A stretch of 64,000 bases of DNA. It comes from Klebsiella phage KP13-26. Of the stretch, positions 43,686 through 52,886 are shown in pieces. How positions within the stretch are numbered: the stretch's first letter is position 1; every line of letters starts with the position of its first letter. Position numbers and translations under genes: made by a program. The stretch lies in sequence record OP617743.1. The stretch is one strand, 5' to 3'. Under the pieces are notes generated by a model. It was not told the DNA's origin and made no database searches. It worked only from the letters and a program-made list of their open reading frames with translations.

Positions 43686-43763
43686 CGCAGGGTGGTGGAA
43701 TGGATTTACCATGTGAGTTTCATATGCTCAAGATTGCGGGTTCGACTCCCGCCCCTGACTCCA
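43686..43763 (+). tRNA. tRNA-like with a 4-bp anticodon stem and 9-nt loop TTTCATATG (CAT) and unpaired positions 1-2/71-72
   Basis: 5' CGCAGGG / 3' CCCTGAC-T-CCA; T-arm GCGGG-TTCGACT-CCCGC; reminiscent of initiator-type features but atypical. Confidence 0.4.
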
Positions 43764-43774
43764 AACAATAGCCG

Positions 43775-43852
43775 AGCAAGTTTAAATGAGCATGGCGCTC
43801 TATGTGGCTCCAAACCACAGACTAAGGGGTTCGACTCCTCGCTTTGCTGCCA
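43775..43852 (+). tRNA. tRNA-Trp-like (CCA anticodon) with an irregular acceptor-to-D-arm junction
   Basis: Anticodon stem TGTGG/CCACA with loop CTCCAAA; T-loop TTCGACT; acceptor pairs 6 of 7, with 5 extra nt before the D-arm. Confidence 0.45.
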
Positions 43853-43972
43853 AATCTATCTAATGACCTTCTGTAGATGTAAAATAAATATGAAGGGTCG
43901 CTGCACGTGTGCTACGTCAGTCTGTAAGAGACAAGTATAGCATAGGGCTAAGAGACTAGCCCACACATTCAT

Positions 43973-44048
43973 ACTCTGATAGTTCAGATGGCAAGAACAG
44001 GCGACTGATAATCGTCAAACACTGGTTCGAGTCCAGTTCGGAGTACCA
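43973..44048 (+). tRNA. tRNA-Ile (GAT)
   Basis: D-arm GTTCAGATGGCAAGAAC; anticodon loop CTGATAA; T-arm ACTGG-TTCGAGT-CCAGT; CCA. Confidence 0.8.
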
Positions 44049-44126
44049 AACTCGCCCAGCGGGTATCTTCGAAGAACATGCCTAGTTCCTTCTAAGAATA
44101 GAGGGTTGCGTCTCTTAACGCAAATA

Positions 44127-44153
44127 ATCAACCCGCTTCGGCGGGTTTTTTGT
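44127..44153 (+). terminator. rho-independent terminator ending the tRNA array
   Basis: CCCGC-TTCG-GCGGG followed by TTTTTTG. Confidence 0.75.
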
Positions 44154-44170
44154 TATCTTACATTTAATAC

Positions 44171-44199
44171 TTTACAAACTAATAGTTTCATGATAGAAT
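44171..44199 (+). promoter_or_regulatory. sigma70-like promoter TTTACA-N17-TAGAAT
   Basis: Followed by a GGAGG SD and the ATG at 44218. Confidence 0.5.
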
Positions 44200-44217
44200 G
44201 AATATTAGGAGGCTAAT

Positions 44218-44505
44218 ATGGCAAAAATTAAACGTGGTCGTGGAAGACCCACAGCAGAAATGCAACAAATTTATGCAATGATTGCAGCGGAAGCAAAAGT
44301 AAAGGAATTATTTGCAGACAAGTATGTTGAGGCAGCACAGTATATTGTCGATCTGATTGATGATAAAGATGCGCCTAAGAATCTAAAATTCCAAGCAGCT
44401 AAAACCATTAAAGAACAGGTTGAAGGTTGGATGGAAGAACACTACGCAGAAAGTGAAGAAATTGACGATCCGCAGGATGCCCCACCTCATAAAATATCTA
44501 TTTAA
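44218..44505 (+). CDS. hypothetical protein with an RGRGRP AT-hook-like N-terminus (candidate small terminase or DNA-binding protein)
   Basis: Placed by position ahead of the packaging genes; KRGRGRPT. Confidence 0.4.
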   Translation: MAKIKRGRGRPTAEMQQIYAMIAAEAKVKELFADKYVEAAQYIVDLIDDKDAPKNLKFQAAKTIKEQVEGWMEEHYAESEEIDDPQDAPPHKISI

Positions 44506-44573
44506 TTTTTAACAATTGTTAAAGATACACTTCTCCTCTCTTGGGAGCTTTGCTCCCTCCTCCTCGTTATTTA

Positions 44574-44610
44574 ACGCCCCTCTCCGAAAGGTTAGGGGAT
44601 TTTTTTATTT
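44574..44610 (+). terminator. rho-independent terminator
   Basis: CCCCT ... AGGGG stem followed by ATTTTTTTATTTT. Confidence 0.55.
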
Positions 44611-44670
44611 TAAAAAGCTTGCTTTTTATACACATTTTATGATAAGATCAAATCTAGGAGGATACTATAT

Positions 44671-44842
44671 GAGAAACTATGTAGCAAAACATGATTATAA
44701 TCGTGCTTCAGCACACAGGGATAAGAAAAACGATTATACCCGTAACTGGAATATTGAGGAAGAATTGAATGATTACAACAGAACAATGGGAAGAGATCTT
44801 GATGAAAGCGAAACCGATGGAAGTGAAGAAAGTTATCAATAA
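44671..44842 (+). CDS. hypothetical hydrophilic protein (57 aa)
   Basis: TAGGAGGATACTAT-ATG; the ORF-track N-terminal extension spans the terminator. Confidence 0.4.
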
Positions 44843-44868
44843 TTCCACAGTCCCTAAACTTAGAGTAA

Positions 44869-45309
44869 ATGAATATGAGCTTACTAATATCTTTACTGAA
44901 TGCGATAAAGAACAACAAGACGATTAGATATCTTGTAATAGGAGTTATTCTTCTATTAGTTATCGTATTTGGTGCAATACATATTAAAAATAGTATTTAT
45001 GAAGACGGCTATAATGCAGGGGTTGCTAAAGAGCAACAGACACAACAAATTCAACAAGCGAAAGCTAGACAAGATTTTGATACATTGCAAGCTAAAGCTG
45101 ATGCAGATAGATCGGAGTTGAATAATAAAATAGCCAAACTTTCAACTGATACTGAAATTCTAAAAGAACAGTTATCGAAAAAAGAAACTGAACTCCAACA
45201 AGAGGCTAAAGAATATGCAAAAACTACTACTGGCAGCATGTCTTGCTTTGCCCCTAATGATAACGGGCTGCACATCATCAACAAATCATTCCCAACCAGT
45301 TCTCATTGA
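44869..45309 (+). CDS. i-spanin (Rz-like): N-terminal TM plus periplasmic coiled coil
   Basis: TM segment LVIGVILLLVIVFGAI followed by Q/A/K/E-rich coiled-coil heptads; overlaps the o-spanin. Confidence 0.55.
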   Translation: MNMSLLISLLNAIKNNKTIRYLVIGVILLLVIVFGAIHIKNSIYEDGYNAGVAKEQQTQQIQQAKARQDFDTLQAKADADRSELNNKIAKLSTDTEILKEQLSKKETELQQEAKEYAKTTTGSMSCFAPNDNGLHIINKSFPTSSH

Positions 45310-45544
45310 TGAGTGCAAAGCTATTGCAAAAGATGAAATAGCTAGTCCTGATAAGAGCAACCTAGAATCTCCAGAAACACCTGTAATGTATACACAAACT
45401 CAAATTACAAAAGGCGTCTCTAGATCTGAGGTTGTAGATAACCAAACAAAGAACAATGCCCTATGGGAAAAGGATAGAGAAAAGCTGATGGCATTGCAAG
45501 CATACATAAAAACTTTGCAAGATGCCGGTATTATTTCTAAATAG
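45215..45544 (+). CDS. o-spanin (Rz1-like outer-membrane lipoprotein), overlapping the i-spanin out of frame
   Basis: Lipobox LMITG-C after the signal peptide MQKLLLAACLALP; out-of-frame overlap with the i-spanin 3' end. Confidence 0.6.
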   Translation: MQKLLLAACLALPLMITGCTSSTNHSQPVLIDECKAIAKDEIASPDKSNLESPETPVMYTQTQITKGVSRSEVVDNQTKNNALWEKDREKLMALQAYIKTLQDAGIISK

Positions 45545-45552
45545 GAGGAACT

Positions 45553-47637
45553 TTGGCAAGGAAACCAGTTAAGACAAACTTAGCAAATATTGAGATTGAA
45601 GTAAAAGCTCAACCTGGTAAACAAACATTAGCAATGGATTTAATGCCAGAGGTAATGATTTATGGTGGTGCTGCGGGATGCGTTACAGCAGAGACAGAAT
45701 ATTTAACACCATCAGGATGGAAGAGAATTGATCAATACTCAGGAGAAGATATTTATCAATACAATCCAAGAAACAGGAAACTAGAGCTAGTTAGTCCATA
45801 CTTTGTAGAGTATGATACAAAAGATAACTTATATAGAATAACAAATGGTGTGGGTTTATTCCAAGAACTTAGTATGGAACACAGGTTTGTATTCTATAAA
45901 AAGAAAAAATCTAAAAAACATTTTGAGATTTTAGTTGGAGATCTTATTGCATTGCAGCAAGCAGGAGAACCACTTAGAGGGTATGTAGAAAATCCTTTCG
46001 GTAAAAGAGTACCATTTAATATCTCAGGTAAAACTAACACTTATCTAAAAATGCACGAGGTGATGACAAGTGATGATAAAAAATATTGTTTTGAAACTCC
46101 AAGCAGTTATGTTGTCTTTAGACGTGGCGATCATATCTTCGTTACTGGGAATAGTGGCAAGTCTCGTCTACTCCTACTGAAAGCTTTAAAATATGCTTGC
46201 AAAGACCCACTGTTCGGTGGAATCCTATTCCGTAAAAATACAACAGCTCTACGTAAGCCTGGTGGGTTATTTACAGAAGCTAAAAAGCTATATCTGAAAC
46301 TTCAGCCACATGTTCGTGAACAAGCTATGGAGATGGAGTTCAGAGCTACCGGAGGTGGAACATTAAAATTCGACCACTTAGAAAATGATAACGTAACAGC
46401 GGAAACTAACCACCAGGGTACACAATACAGTATGGTAGGTTTCGACGAGTTAACGCATTTTACCCAATATGAAATGCTTTACCTTCTTGGTCGTTTACGT
46501 TCTGAGTCTGCAACATCTTTTATGCTATGCACCTGTAACCCAGATGCAGATAGTTGGGTTATTAATTGGGTACTACCTTACCTGGATGAAGCAGGGTTCC
46601 CACGCGATGACATGTGTGGTAAACAACTATATTTTCTTATTGTAAATGATGAACCGGTATTTGCAGAAGACCCAGAAGAACTAAAGGAAAAGTATCCTGA
46701 AAACTGCTTCATGGAAAACCCAAATACAGGCGAAATAGTTACTATCGAACCGCAGAGCTTTGTATTTATCGGCGGAACTATATTTGATAATCCAGAGCTT
46801 ATACGTCTTAATCCTAAATATCTAGCCTCTTTGAAAGCACAAACCGCAGTGAAAAGAGCGCAGCTCTTAGATGGGTGTTGGTTTGCAAGAGCACAGGAAG
46901 AAAGTTTCTTTAATAGAGAATGGTTGCATGTAATTAAATATTCAGATGTTCCGAATAATATGAAATATATGCGAGCATGGGATAAAGCTGTATCTGTTCC
47001 AACAGAATCATATCGTTATCCAGACTATACCACGTCTGTAAAAATGGGCAAAGATACTGATGGTAATGTCTATATCTTCGGAGATTATGATTACGATGCA
47101 GTAGATGAGAAAAGTAAAATCTTTGGTAGATTTAGAAGATTACCGGGTGAACGAGATAATTTGATTCTTAATCAATGTAAAATTGATGGGGATGAGGTTA
47201 TTGTAGTTCTTCCTAAAGACCCATCTGGTGCAGGTTTGATTGAATATACAGAATCTGCTAAGAAGCTTATTTCTGAAGGTTTCATTGTAAAACCTGATGC
47301 AATGCCAGGGAACAAAAAGAAACTACAGCGTTTTATGCCTTTTAGTAGTGCTTGTCAAAATGGTTTTGTATATATTGTTGAAGACTCTTTCCCAAATAAA
47401 GAAACTTTAGATCACTTTTATAAAGAATTAGAATCTTTCAATGGAGAGAGGTCTACTGCAACACTCAAAGACGATATCCCGGATGCTGCGGCATCTTGTT
47501 TTAATACACTGATGAAAGAGGCTGTATTCAAGGCTGTAGCCATTCCTACGCCACTAGGAGCTACCACAGGATATGGTAAAATGTCTAGTGGAAGTAGGGC
47601 ATCTTTTGGTCAACCTTATAAAATAAGATCAAGATAA
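45553..47637 (+). CDS. terL: terminase large subunit (intein-containing precursor)
   Basis: TTG start with an AGGAGGAAC SD; Walker A split as GGAAG | intein | SGKS; DELTHF Walker B; C-terminal nuclease domain. Confidence 0.8.
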   Translation: MARKPVKTNLANIEIEVKAQPGKQTLAMDLMPEVMIYGGAAGCVTAETEYLTPSGWKRIDQYSGEDIYQYNPRNRKLELVSPYFVEYDTKDNLYRITNGVGLFQELSMEHRFVFYKKKKSKKHFEILVGDLIALQQAGEPLRGYVENPFGKRVPFNISGKTNTYLKMHEVMTSDDKKYCFETPSSYVVFRRGDHIFVTGNSGKSRLLLLKALKYACKDPLFGGILFRKNTTALRKPGGLFTEAKKLYLKLQPHVREQAMEMEFRATGGGTLKFDHLENDNVTAETNHQGTQYSMVGFDELTHFTQYEMLYLLGRLRSESATSFMLCTCNPDADSWVINWVLPYLDEAGFPRDDMCGKQLYFLIVNDEPVFAEDPEELKEKYPENCFMENPNTGEIVTIEPQSFVFIGGTIFDNPELIRLNPKYLASLKAQTAVKRAQLLDGCWFARAQEESFFNREWLHVIKYSDVPNNMKYMRAWDKAVSVPTESYRYPDYTTSVKMGKDTDGNVYIFGDYDYDAVDEKSKIFGRFRRLPGERDNLILNQCKIDGDEVIVVLPKDPSGAGLIEYTESAKKLISEGFIVKPDAMPGNKKKLQRFMPFSSACQNGFVYIVEDSFPNKETLDHFYKELESFNGERSTATLKDDIPDAAASCFNTLMKEAVFKAVAIPTPLGATTGYGKMSSGSRASFGQPYKIRSR
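45679..46152 (+). other. mini-intein (158 aa) inserted in the TerL P-loop
   Basis: Starts with Cys (CVTAETEY ...) and ends ... HIFVTGN, followed by Ser; excising it reconstitutes YGGAAG-SGKSRLL (GxxxxGKS). There is no room for a homing-endonuclease domain. Confidence 0.65.
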
Positions 47638-47640
47638 AGA

Positions 47641-47670
47641 TTGACAAAAGTATTAAAAGTATGGTAAAGT
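47641..47670 (+). promoter_or_regulatory. sigma70-like promoter TTGACA-N18-TAAAGT
   Basis: Perfect -35 between terL and the portal gene. Confidence 0.45.
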
Positions 47671-47734
47671 ACTTTTATAGATCTGCCCTTTTCTAGGGCA
47701 GATTATCTTTTGTAAAACGACTTAGGGGAAACAA

Positions 47735-49306
47735 GTGACAGGAAAACGTAAATATACGAAAAAGTCGGATTACTGGAATAAAGGGCAGGTAAATAAAGCA
47801 GCCTTATCTCCAACACAATCTTTGGAGAAAGAAAAAAGTCTGGTACTCTCTCCTGAAATTGGTACTATTGGTCTTAATTCAATTAAGGCTTTCACTAATT
47901 TCATGCAGCCATATGAGACTCGTTTTCCAGAAAATATCCGTACCTTCAAAGAAATGGGGGAAGACCCAGATGTAGCTACCGCGTTAGATGCTACTTACAT
48001 CTTTGTAGATAGAGCATTCTTTGATTTTACTATTACAAGTAATGTAAATTCAAAAAAATCAAGACAAGCTGCAAAATTTGTAGATTATTGTCTGAGAAAT
48101 ATGAATGGGACATTAAGACAATATGTTAGATCTTTATTAACCTATAAACAGTTTGGTTTTGCTTTTGCAGAGAAAGTTTATGAACTTGATGAAGATCCGA
48201 AAAGCCCGTATTTTGGTTATTGGCGTATTGTTAAACTTGCATTCAGACCACAAGATACAATTGATCCAGTACAACCTTTCACTTATTCTGATGATGGTCG
48301 TACAATTCTTACAGTGAACCAGAATATCACTAATTCGATGCTTACCTCTGTAGGAAATATTAATCCTAATCTCATTGGGCGCAAAGAAATACCTATGAGT
48401 AAGGTTCTGTATCTGGGTACAAACATTACAGAAAATACTCCATTAGGAGTTAGTCCTCTACTGGCAGTTTACAGGTCTTGGCGTGAAAAATCTTTAATCC
48501 AAGAGTTTGAGGTTGTTGGTGTATCTAAAGACTTAGGCGGTATGCCCGTTCTATTAGTTCCTAGTGATATTCTAAATAGGGCATCATTAAACCCTGAAGG
48601 TGACGAAGCACAATCTCTCAGAGTGCTACAAGCCAACATAGCTAACCTACACGCAGGTGAGCAATCTTATATGGTTCTCCCTTCAGACATTTATGAAAAC
48701 ACCTCTATGCGTCAATATGACTTGCATTTCCAGGGCGTGGAAGGTAATGGTAAGCAATTTGATACACAAGCGCTAATAAAACAGCGTAAGTTAGATATTT
48801 ATAATAGATTTGGTGCTAGTGTTCTTATCATGGGAGATGGAGAGGGTGGTAGTTTTTCTCTTGCAGATAATAAACAAACACTTCTATCCCATTTTATAGA
48901 ACGTGATGTAGACATTATCACAGAAGCTTTAAACACTCAAGTAATTCCCCAACTATTACGCATGAACAACATATTTTTATCTGATGAAGATATGCCTAAG
49001 TTCAAGAGTAATGATATTGGTGATCCTGATCTTGAAGTCAATGCTAAAGCTATCCAGCAACTTGTTGCAGCAGGAGCAATACCATTAACACCACAGGTGT
49101 TAAACGAATTCTTTGAGATGTGTGGCCTATCTTATCGTATTCCTGATGATATTGTGGCTGACGAGGATAAGTTCCAAGAGTTCTTGGCAACATATATGCC
49201 TGATAAAACCTCAAGAGCCGGGGATGGATTAGCCGCAGGTGCTGGAAATGGAACATCTACAAGTGTATCTTCTTTAGACCCATCTGCTGCCAATTTATCA
49301 AATTAA
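47735..49306 (+). CDS. portal protein
   Basis: 523 aa immediately after terL; GTG start with an AGGGGAAAC SD; called by synteny. Confidence 0.55.
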   Translation: MTGKRKYTKKSDYWNKGQVNKAALSPTQSLEKEKSLVLSPEIGTIGLNSIKAFTNFMQPYETRFPENIRTFKEMGEDPDVATALDATYIFVDRAFFDFTITSNVNSKKSRQAAKFVDYCLRNMNGTLRQYVRSLLTYKQFGFAFAEKVYELDEDPKSPYFGYWRIVKLAFRPQDTIDPVQPFTYSDDGRTILTVNQNITNSMLTSVGNINPNLIGRKEIPMSKVLYLGTNITENTPLGVSPLLAVYRSWREKSLIQEFEVVGVSKDLGGMPVLLVPSDILNRASLNPEGDEAQSLRVLQANIANLHAGEQSYMVLPSDIYENTSMRQYDLHFQGVEGNGKQFDTQALIKQRKLDIYNRFGASVLIMGDGEGGSFSLADNKQTLLSHFIERDVDIITEALNTQVIPQLLRMNNIFLSDEDMPKFKSNDIGDPDLEVNAKAIQQLVAAGAIPLTPQVLNEFFEMCGLSYRIPDDIVADEDKFQEFLATYMPDKTSRAGDGLAAGAGNGTSTSVSSLDPSAANLSN

Positions 49307-49326
49307 AAAATTTTTTAAATTAGGTA

Positions 49327-49355
49327 TTGACAAATAAACAAATATCCTGTAGACT
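49327..49355 (+). promoter_or_regulatory. sigma70-like promoter TTGACA-N17-TAGACT
   Basis: Perfect -35 upstream of 49392. Confidence 0.4.
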
Positions 49356-49391
49356 AAGACTTATGGGATATTTGTTTTTATAAGGAACATT

Positions 49392-49871
49392 ATGGAACTT
49401 AATAAAGACTCTCTTTGGGAACTATTTAAAGCGTTCAGCGGAACGAAAGATACTCCCCAATCTCAACAAGATTCTACTCCAGAAGAAACACCTGCGCAAG
49501 TCATTAAACAAAATAAATTTGATGAAGAAAAAATGCAGGTTATCGAAGTAATGTACTGTCCACCTGAATACGATGACCTACATGGTGAACGTATGTCTGA
49601 TCTTGAGATTAGAAAAATGGTTGACAACTTTAATCAAAATATTTCCAATGTTAGTGGTAATTTAGGCCATATTAAAAATACAGACAAATTTAAACCTGTT
49701 AAAGCATGGGTAAATGAAGTGGACTGTTATATTGGAGATGAGTTTGTGGTTGAAGGTACACCACTCGTCAAAATACAATTCTACGATCCAGAACTATATC
49801 AAGCAAGAAAAGATGGTATTCTTAAAGGTTTGAGTATTGGTGCAATGGGTAGAATAGTTAAGAAGGATTAA
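49392..49871 (+). CDS. head morphogenesis protein (hypothetical)
   Basis: 159 aa between the portal and scaffold genes. Confidence 0.4.
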   Translation: MELNKDSLWELFKAFSGTKDTPQSQQDSTPEETPAQVIKQNKFDEEKMQVIEVMYCPPEYDDLHGERMSDLEIRKMVDNFNQNISNVSGNLGHIKNTDKFKPVKAWVNEVDCYIGDEFVVEGTPLVKIQFYDPELYQARKDGILKGLSIGAMGRIVKKD

Positions 49872-49873
49872 AC

Positions 49874-51001
49874 GTGGCACATACATATTTAGCTGACGTA
49901 GACTTTTCGGGTAAAGCTACGGAAGACTCATGCGGAGCGCACATCGCATATACCTTCGATTTCCAAGGTGGTGCAGCTTCTGGCTTTAATACCCCTCTAT
50001 TATTTAAGTCTGGTGATAAACCAGATATCAGTTTAGAAAAACTGAAAGCTCTAGAAGATATGGGCGAAGACGTTACTGAATTACGCAAATCCTATTTCGG
50101 ACAGTTAATGACTCTCCTGAATGAAGCCGTTCGTGAAAAATACGAAATGGGTTGGGATTGGGTATATGTTGTTGATGCTGATTTCGATAACGGTATTGTT
50201 ATTTTCTGTAGTGATTACGGAATGTTCTCTACTGATTTTACTATTAACGGACTACTTGTAGAAGTAGGTGACGTTGCAAATCCAGTAGTTCAGACAACAG
50301 ATTACCAAGTAGTTGAAGGTGATGTTTTAGTATCTGTAGACTTCTTTGATAACTTAATTGATGATGCTTTAGGTAGCCTTGTTAAAGGTGCTTTAAAACA
50401 TGCACATGTTAAAGATTATCTGGTGAAAGCTCATTCAGCTCGCACCAATAACAACTCTGTGATTGCAGAGGATCACCCAGCAGAAGACAATAAACAATCA
50501 TCTGCAAACACAAATGAACTAAATAAAGGAGATACCCCTTTGGATAATATTAACAAAGAAGAATTCCTGAAATCTGCTGAATTCCAAGATCTGATTAAAG
50601 CCCAGATTGCAGAAGCAGTAGAAAAAGCAGCCGCTGATGCTAAAGCTCAGGCTCAGGCTGAAGCTCAGGAAGAAATTCAAAAAGCACGTGCTCAGGCTGA
50701 AGAACTATTAAAAGCAGAAGCCGCTCGTATCGAAAATGACTACACTCTAGTTATCAAATCTTACGAATTCGTAGAAGAAGATAAAGTAGAAACTCTCGTA
50801 AAATACCTTATTGAAAATAACGAAGTTGCAGAAACTGTAGTTAAAGCTTTCAGTAAAGCTCGTGAAGAAATTGAAGCAGTTAAGAAAGAGTTTGGCAAAG
50901 AGATTGGGGTAGAAGCTTCTAATCCTGAACTGGTTGCTAAAAGTGCTTCTGAACTCATTCAGCAAAAAGCTAACCTTCTGAAACAACACGCCCAGAAATA
51001 A
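49874..51001 (+). CDS. head scaffolding protein (possibly a protease-scaffold fusion)
   Basis: C-terminal AQAQAEAQEEIQKARAQAEELLKAEAARIE coiled coil; lies before the decoration and capsid genes. Confidence 0.5.
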   Translation: MAHTYLADVDFSGKATEDSCGAHIAYTFDFQGGAASGFNTPLLFKSGDKPDISLEKLKALEDMGEDVTELRKSYFGQLMTLLNEAVREKYEMGWDWVYVVDADFDNGIVIFCSDYGMFSTDFTINGLLVEVGDVANPVVQTTDYQVVEGDVLVSVDFFDNLIDDALGSLVKGALKHAHVKDYLVKAHSARTNNNSVIAEDHPAEDNKQSSANTNELNKGDTPLDNINKEEFLKSAEFQDLIKAQIAEAVEKAAADAKAQAQAEAQEEIQKARAQAEELLKAEAARIENDYTLVIKSYEFVEEDKVETLVKYLIENNEVAETVVKAFSKAREEIEAVKKEFGKEIGVEASNPELVAKSASELIQQKANLLKQHAQK

Positions 51002-51019
51002 TCTTAGGAGATTTAATTA

Positions 51020-51412
51020 ATGGCAACAGGAATTACATTACAAAACTACCGCCAGGAATTCGGATTCCTAGTTCTGGGTGGTGTATTTAGCTCTGACCTT
51101 GGACATTGCGTTCGTGAAATCAACCTTGTTAAAACTGCTACCATGCGTATCGGTTCTGTACTTGGTGCAGATAACACTGAAGCTGCAAGCGCTGCTGATG
51201 CTGTAAAAGTTCTGCTTTGGACTGATGCACTATTCAGTATTGACGATGTAGCAGTTGGTGAAACATTTACAGCAGTTGTTGGTGTTCGCGATCTAACTCT
51301 TAACCGTTTTGCAGTTTATTACAGCAATGGTTCTCTGATTGACGATGCTGGTGTCGCCGCTCTCGAAACTCATGATCTGAAACTGACTGAAAAAGTCGTT
51401 TTCACTTCTTAA
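51020..51412 (+). CDS. head decoration protein (lambda gpD-like)
   Basis: 130 aa, Gly/Ala/Val-rich beta protein immediately upstream of the capsid gene. Confidence 0.45.
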   Translation: MATGITLQNYRQEFGFLVLGGVFSSDLGHCVREINLVKTATMRIGSVLGADNTEAASAADAVKVLLWTDALFSIDDVAVGETFTAVVGVRDLTLNRFAVYYSNGSLIDDAGVAALETHDLKLTEKVVFTS

Positions 51413-51436
51413 TTATTATTATAAAGGAGATTTTAC

Positions 51437-52438
51437 ATGCCAGCTATTATTCTGGATCAGGTTGTTGACTTTAGCCCAATGATTGAGCTACAGGACTCTC
51501 CTGACACTCTTATTTCAAGTTTAGGTCTGTTCGACACTTACTATCACCAAACTACCGCTATTGAAATCGGTAAAGAGAAAGTGAATGACGGACTGATCCC
51601 AGCACGTGAACGTGGCGGGGAACGTAACTTCCTTACTATGGCTCAGCCAACTGTTAAAGTATTCCGTATTCCGTTCTTCCCTCTGGATAAGAACATCAAA
51701 GCACAAGACATTCAGTCCTTCCGTAGCTTCGCTATGGCTGGTATTAATGATCAACTGCGTACTGAAGCGGAAGTTGTTAACCGTTACATGGCTCAAATCC
51801 TGCGTGACGTTGCTAAAACAAAAGAAACCATCTTCGCAAATGCTGTAATGGGTACTGCTTATGTCGGTACTGATGGTAGCGTAAACTCAGCGTACAACTG
51901 GTACACTGAATGGGGCGCAACTCAGAAAGTTGTACCGATTGATTTCGCGTCAACTACTGTTTCTCCAGCAGCAACTGTTGAAGCAGAAGCTCGTGCTTAT
52001 ATCATTGATACAAAGCAAGACGGTTCTACTGCAACTCGTATCGTTGCACTGTGTTCACGCGAATTCTTCGCGTCTCTGGTGAACTCTCCATTCGTTCGTC
52101 AGGCGTATCAGTACTACCAAGGTACTCCTAACCTGCTACGCGACCGTCTAAGCGGTAATATGGACGTTCAGGTATTCGAGTGGAATGGTGTTACTTATAT
52201 TGAAGATATCCACGGTAACATTCCTGCTGGTGAAGCATATGTTCTACCAATGGGTATTGCAGATATGTTCCAAGCGCACTACGCGCCAGCAGACACTCCA
52301 GAGCTAGCCAACACTGTGGCTCGTGAACTGTATACCTTCATGGTTTCAGAACACCGTCAAGTTCAGCTTCAGTCTGAATTCTCACTTCTGGCTGTTAACA
52401 CTCGTCCAGAACTGGTTGTTCGTCTGACCACTGCTTAA
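51437..52438 (+). CDS. major capsid protein (lambda gpE-like family)
   Basis: 333 aa; GGAG SD; followed by a strong terminator; positional and compositional match to E-family capsid proteins. Confidence 0.6.
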   Translation: MPAIILDQVVDFSPMIELQDSPDTLISSLGLFDTYYHQTTAIEIGKEKVNDGLIPARERGGERNFLTMAQPTVKVFRIPFFPLDKNIKAQDIQSFRSFAMAGINDQLRTEAEVVNRYMAQILRDVAKTKETIFANAVMGTAYVGTDGSVNSAYNWYTEWGATQKVVPIDFASTTVSPAATVEAEARAYIIDTKQDGSTATRIVALCSREFFASLVNSPFVRQAYQYYQGTPNLLRDRLSGNMDVQVFEWNGVTYIEDIHGNIPAGEAYVLPMGIADMFQAHYAPADTPELANTVARELYTFMVSEHRQVQLQSEFSLLAVNTRPELVVRLTTA

Positions 52439-52457
52439 TCCTAACGGATGATAAAAA

Positions 52458-52485
52458 GCCTGCCCCTTGCGGGTGGGCTTTTTTG
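52458..52485 (+). terminator. rho-independent terminator after the capsid gene
   Basis: GCCTGCCCC-TTGC-GGGTGGGC followed by TTTTTTG. Confidence 0.7.
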
Positions 52486-52517
52486 TTATAATAAGACTAT
52501 AATACGAGGAGAACCGT

Positions 52518-52877
52518 ATGTCAAATCCAACTGTAAAAACTTATTTTAGTTACCATGAAATGGTGAAAGATTTCTCAGAGCTTGCTTCTAACTTAGATTT
52601 TGAGAAAACACTAACCACTGCACCTCCTATGTCTTTTTATACTAAAGATGGTCGTGTGGCTCTAGGTGGAAATTTTATTCACTTCTTAACTCGTCTAAGA
52701 GAAGAAACAGGACTGAAAGTAAATCCTTTTGGAAGTGAAGAACAGAGAGGCTTCTTTTTAGTAAGCTATGAAGATTATGCGCCTGTTCAGAATGAAAAAC
52801 AAGAAGTTTTAGAAGTAAAAGTAGTAGATACGCCAGCTAAGAAAAGATCTCAGCGTTCCACCCCTTCACAGAAATAA
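52518..52877 (+). CDS. hypothetical structural protein
   Basis: 119-aa ORF. Confidence 0.4.
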   Translation: MSNPTVKTYFSYHEMVKDFSELASNLDFEKTLTTAPPMSFYTKDGRVALGGNFIHFLTRLREETGLKVNPFGSEEQRGFFLVSYEDYAPVQNEKQEVLEVKVVDTPAKKRSQRSTPSQK

Positions 52878-52886
52878 GGAGCATCT

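Noticed and set aside
40304-43940. ORFs overlapping the tRNA array on either strand (40304..40630, 40742..40957, 41043..41267, 42102..42377, 42800..43051, 43683..43940 and others)
   Set aside because: They run straight through tRNA genes and translate GC-rich tRNA stems into implausible peptides. Only 43334..43597, which has an SD and sits between tRNAs, was kept.
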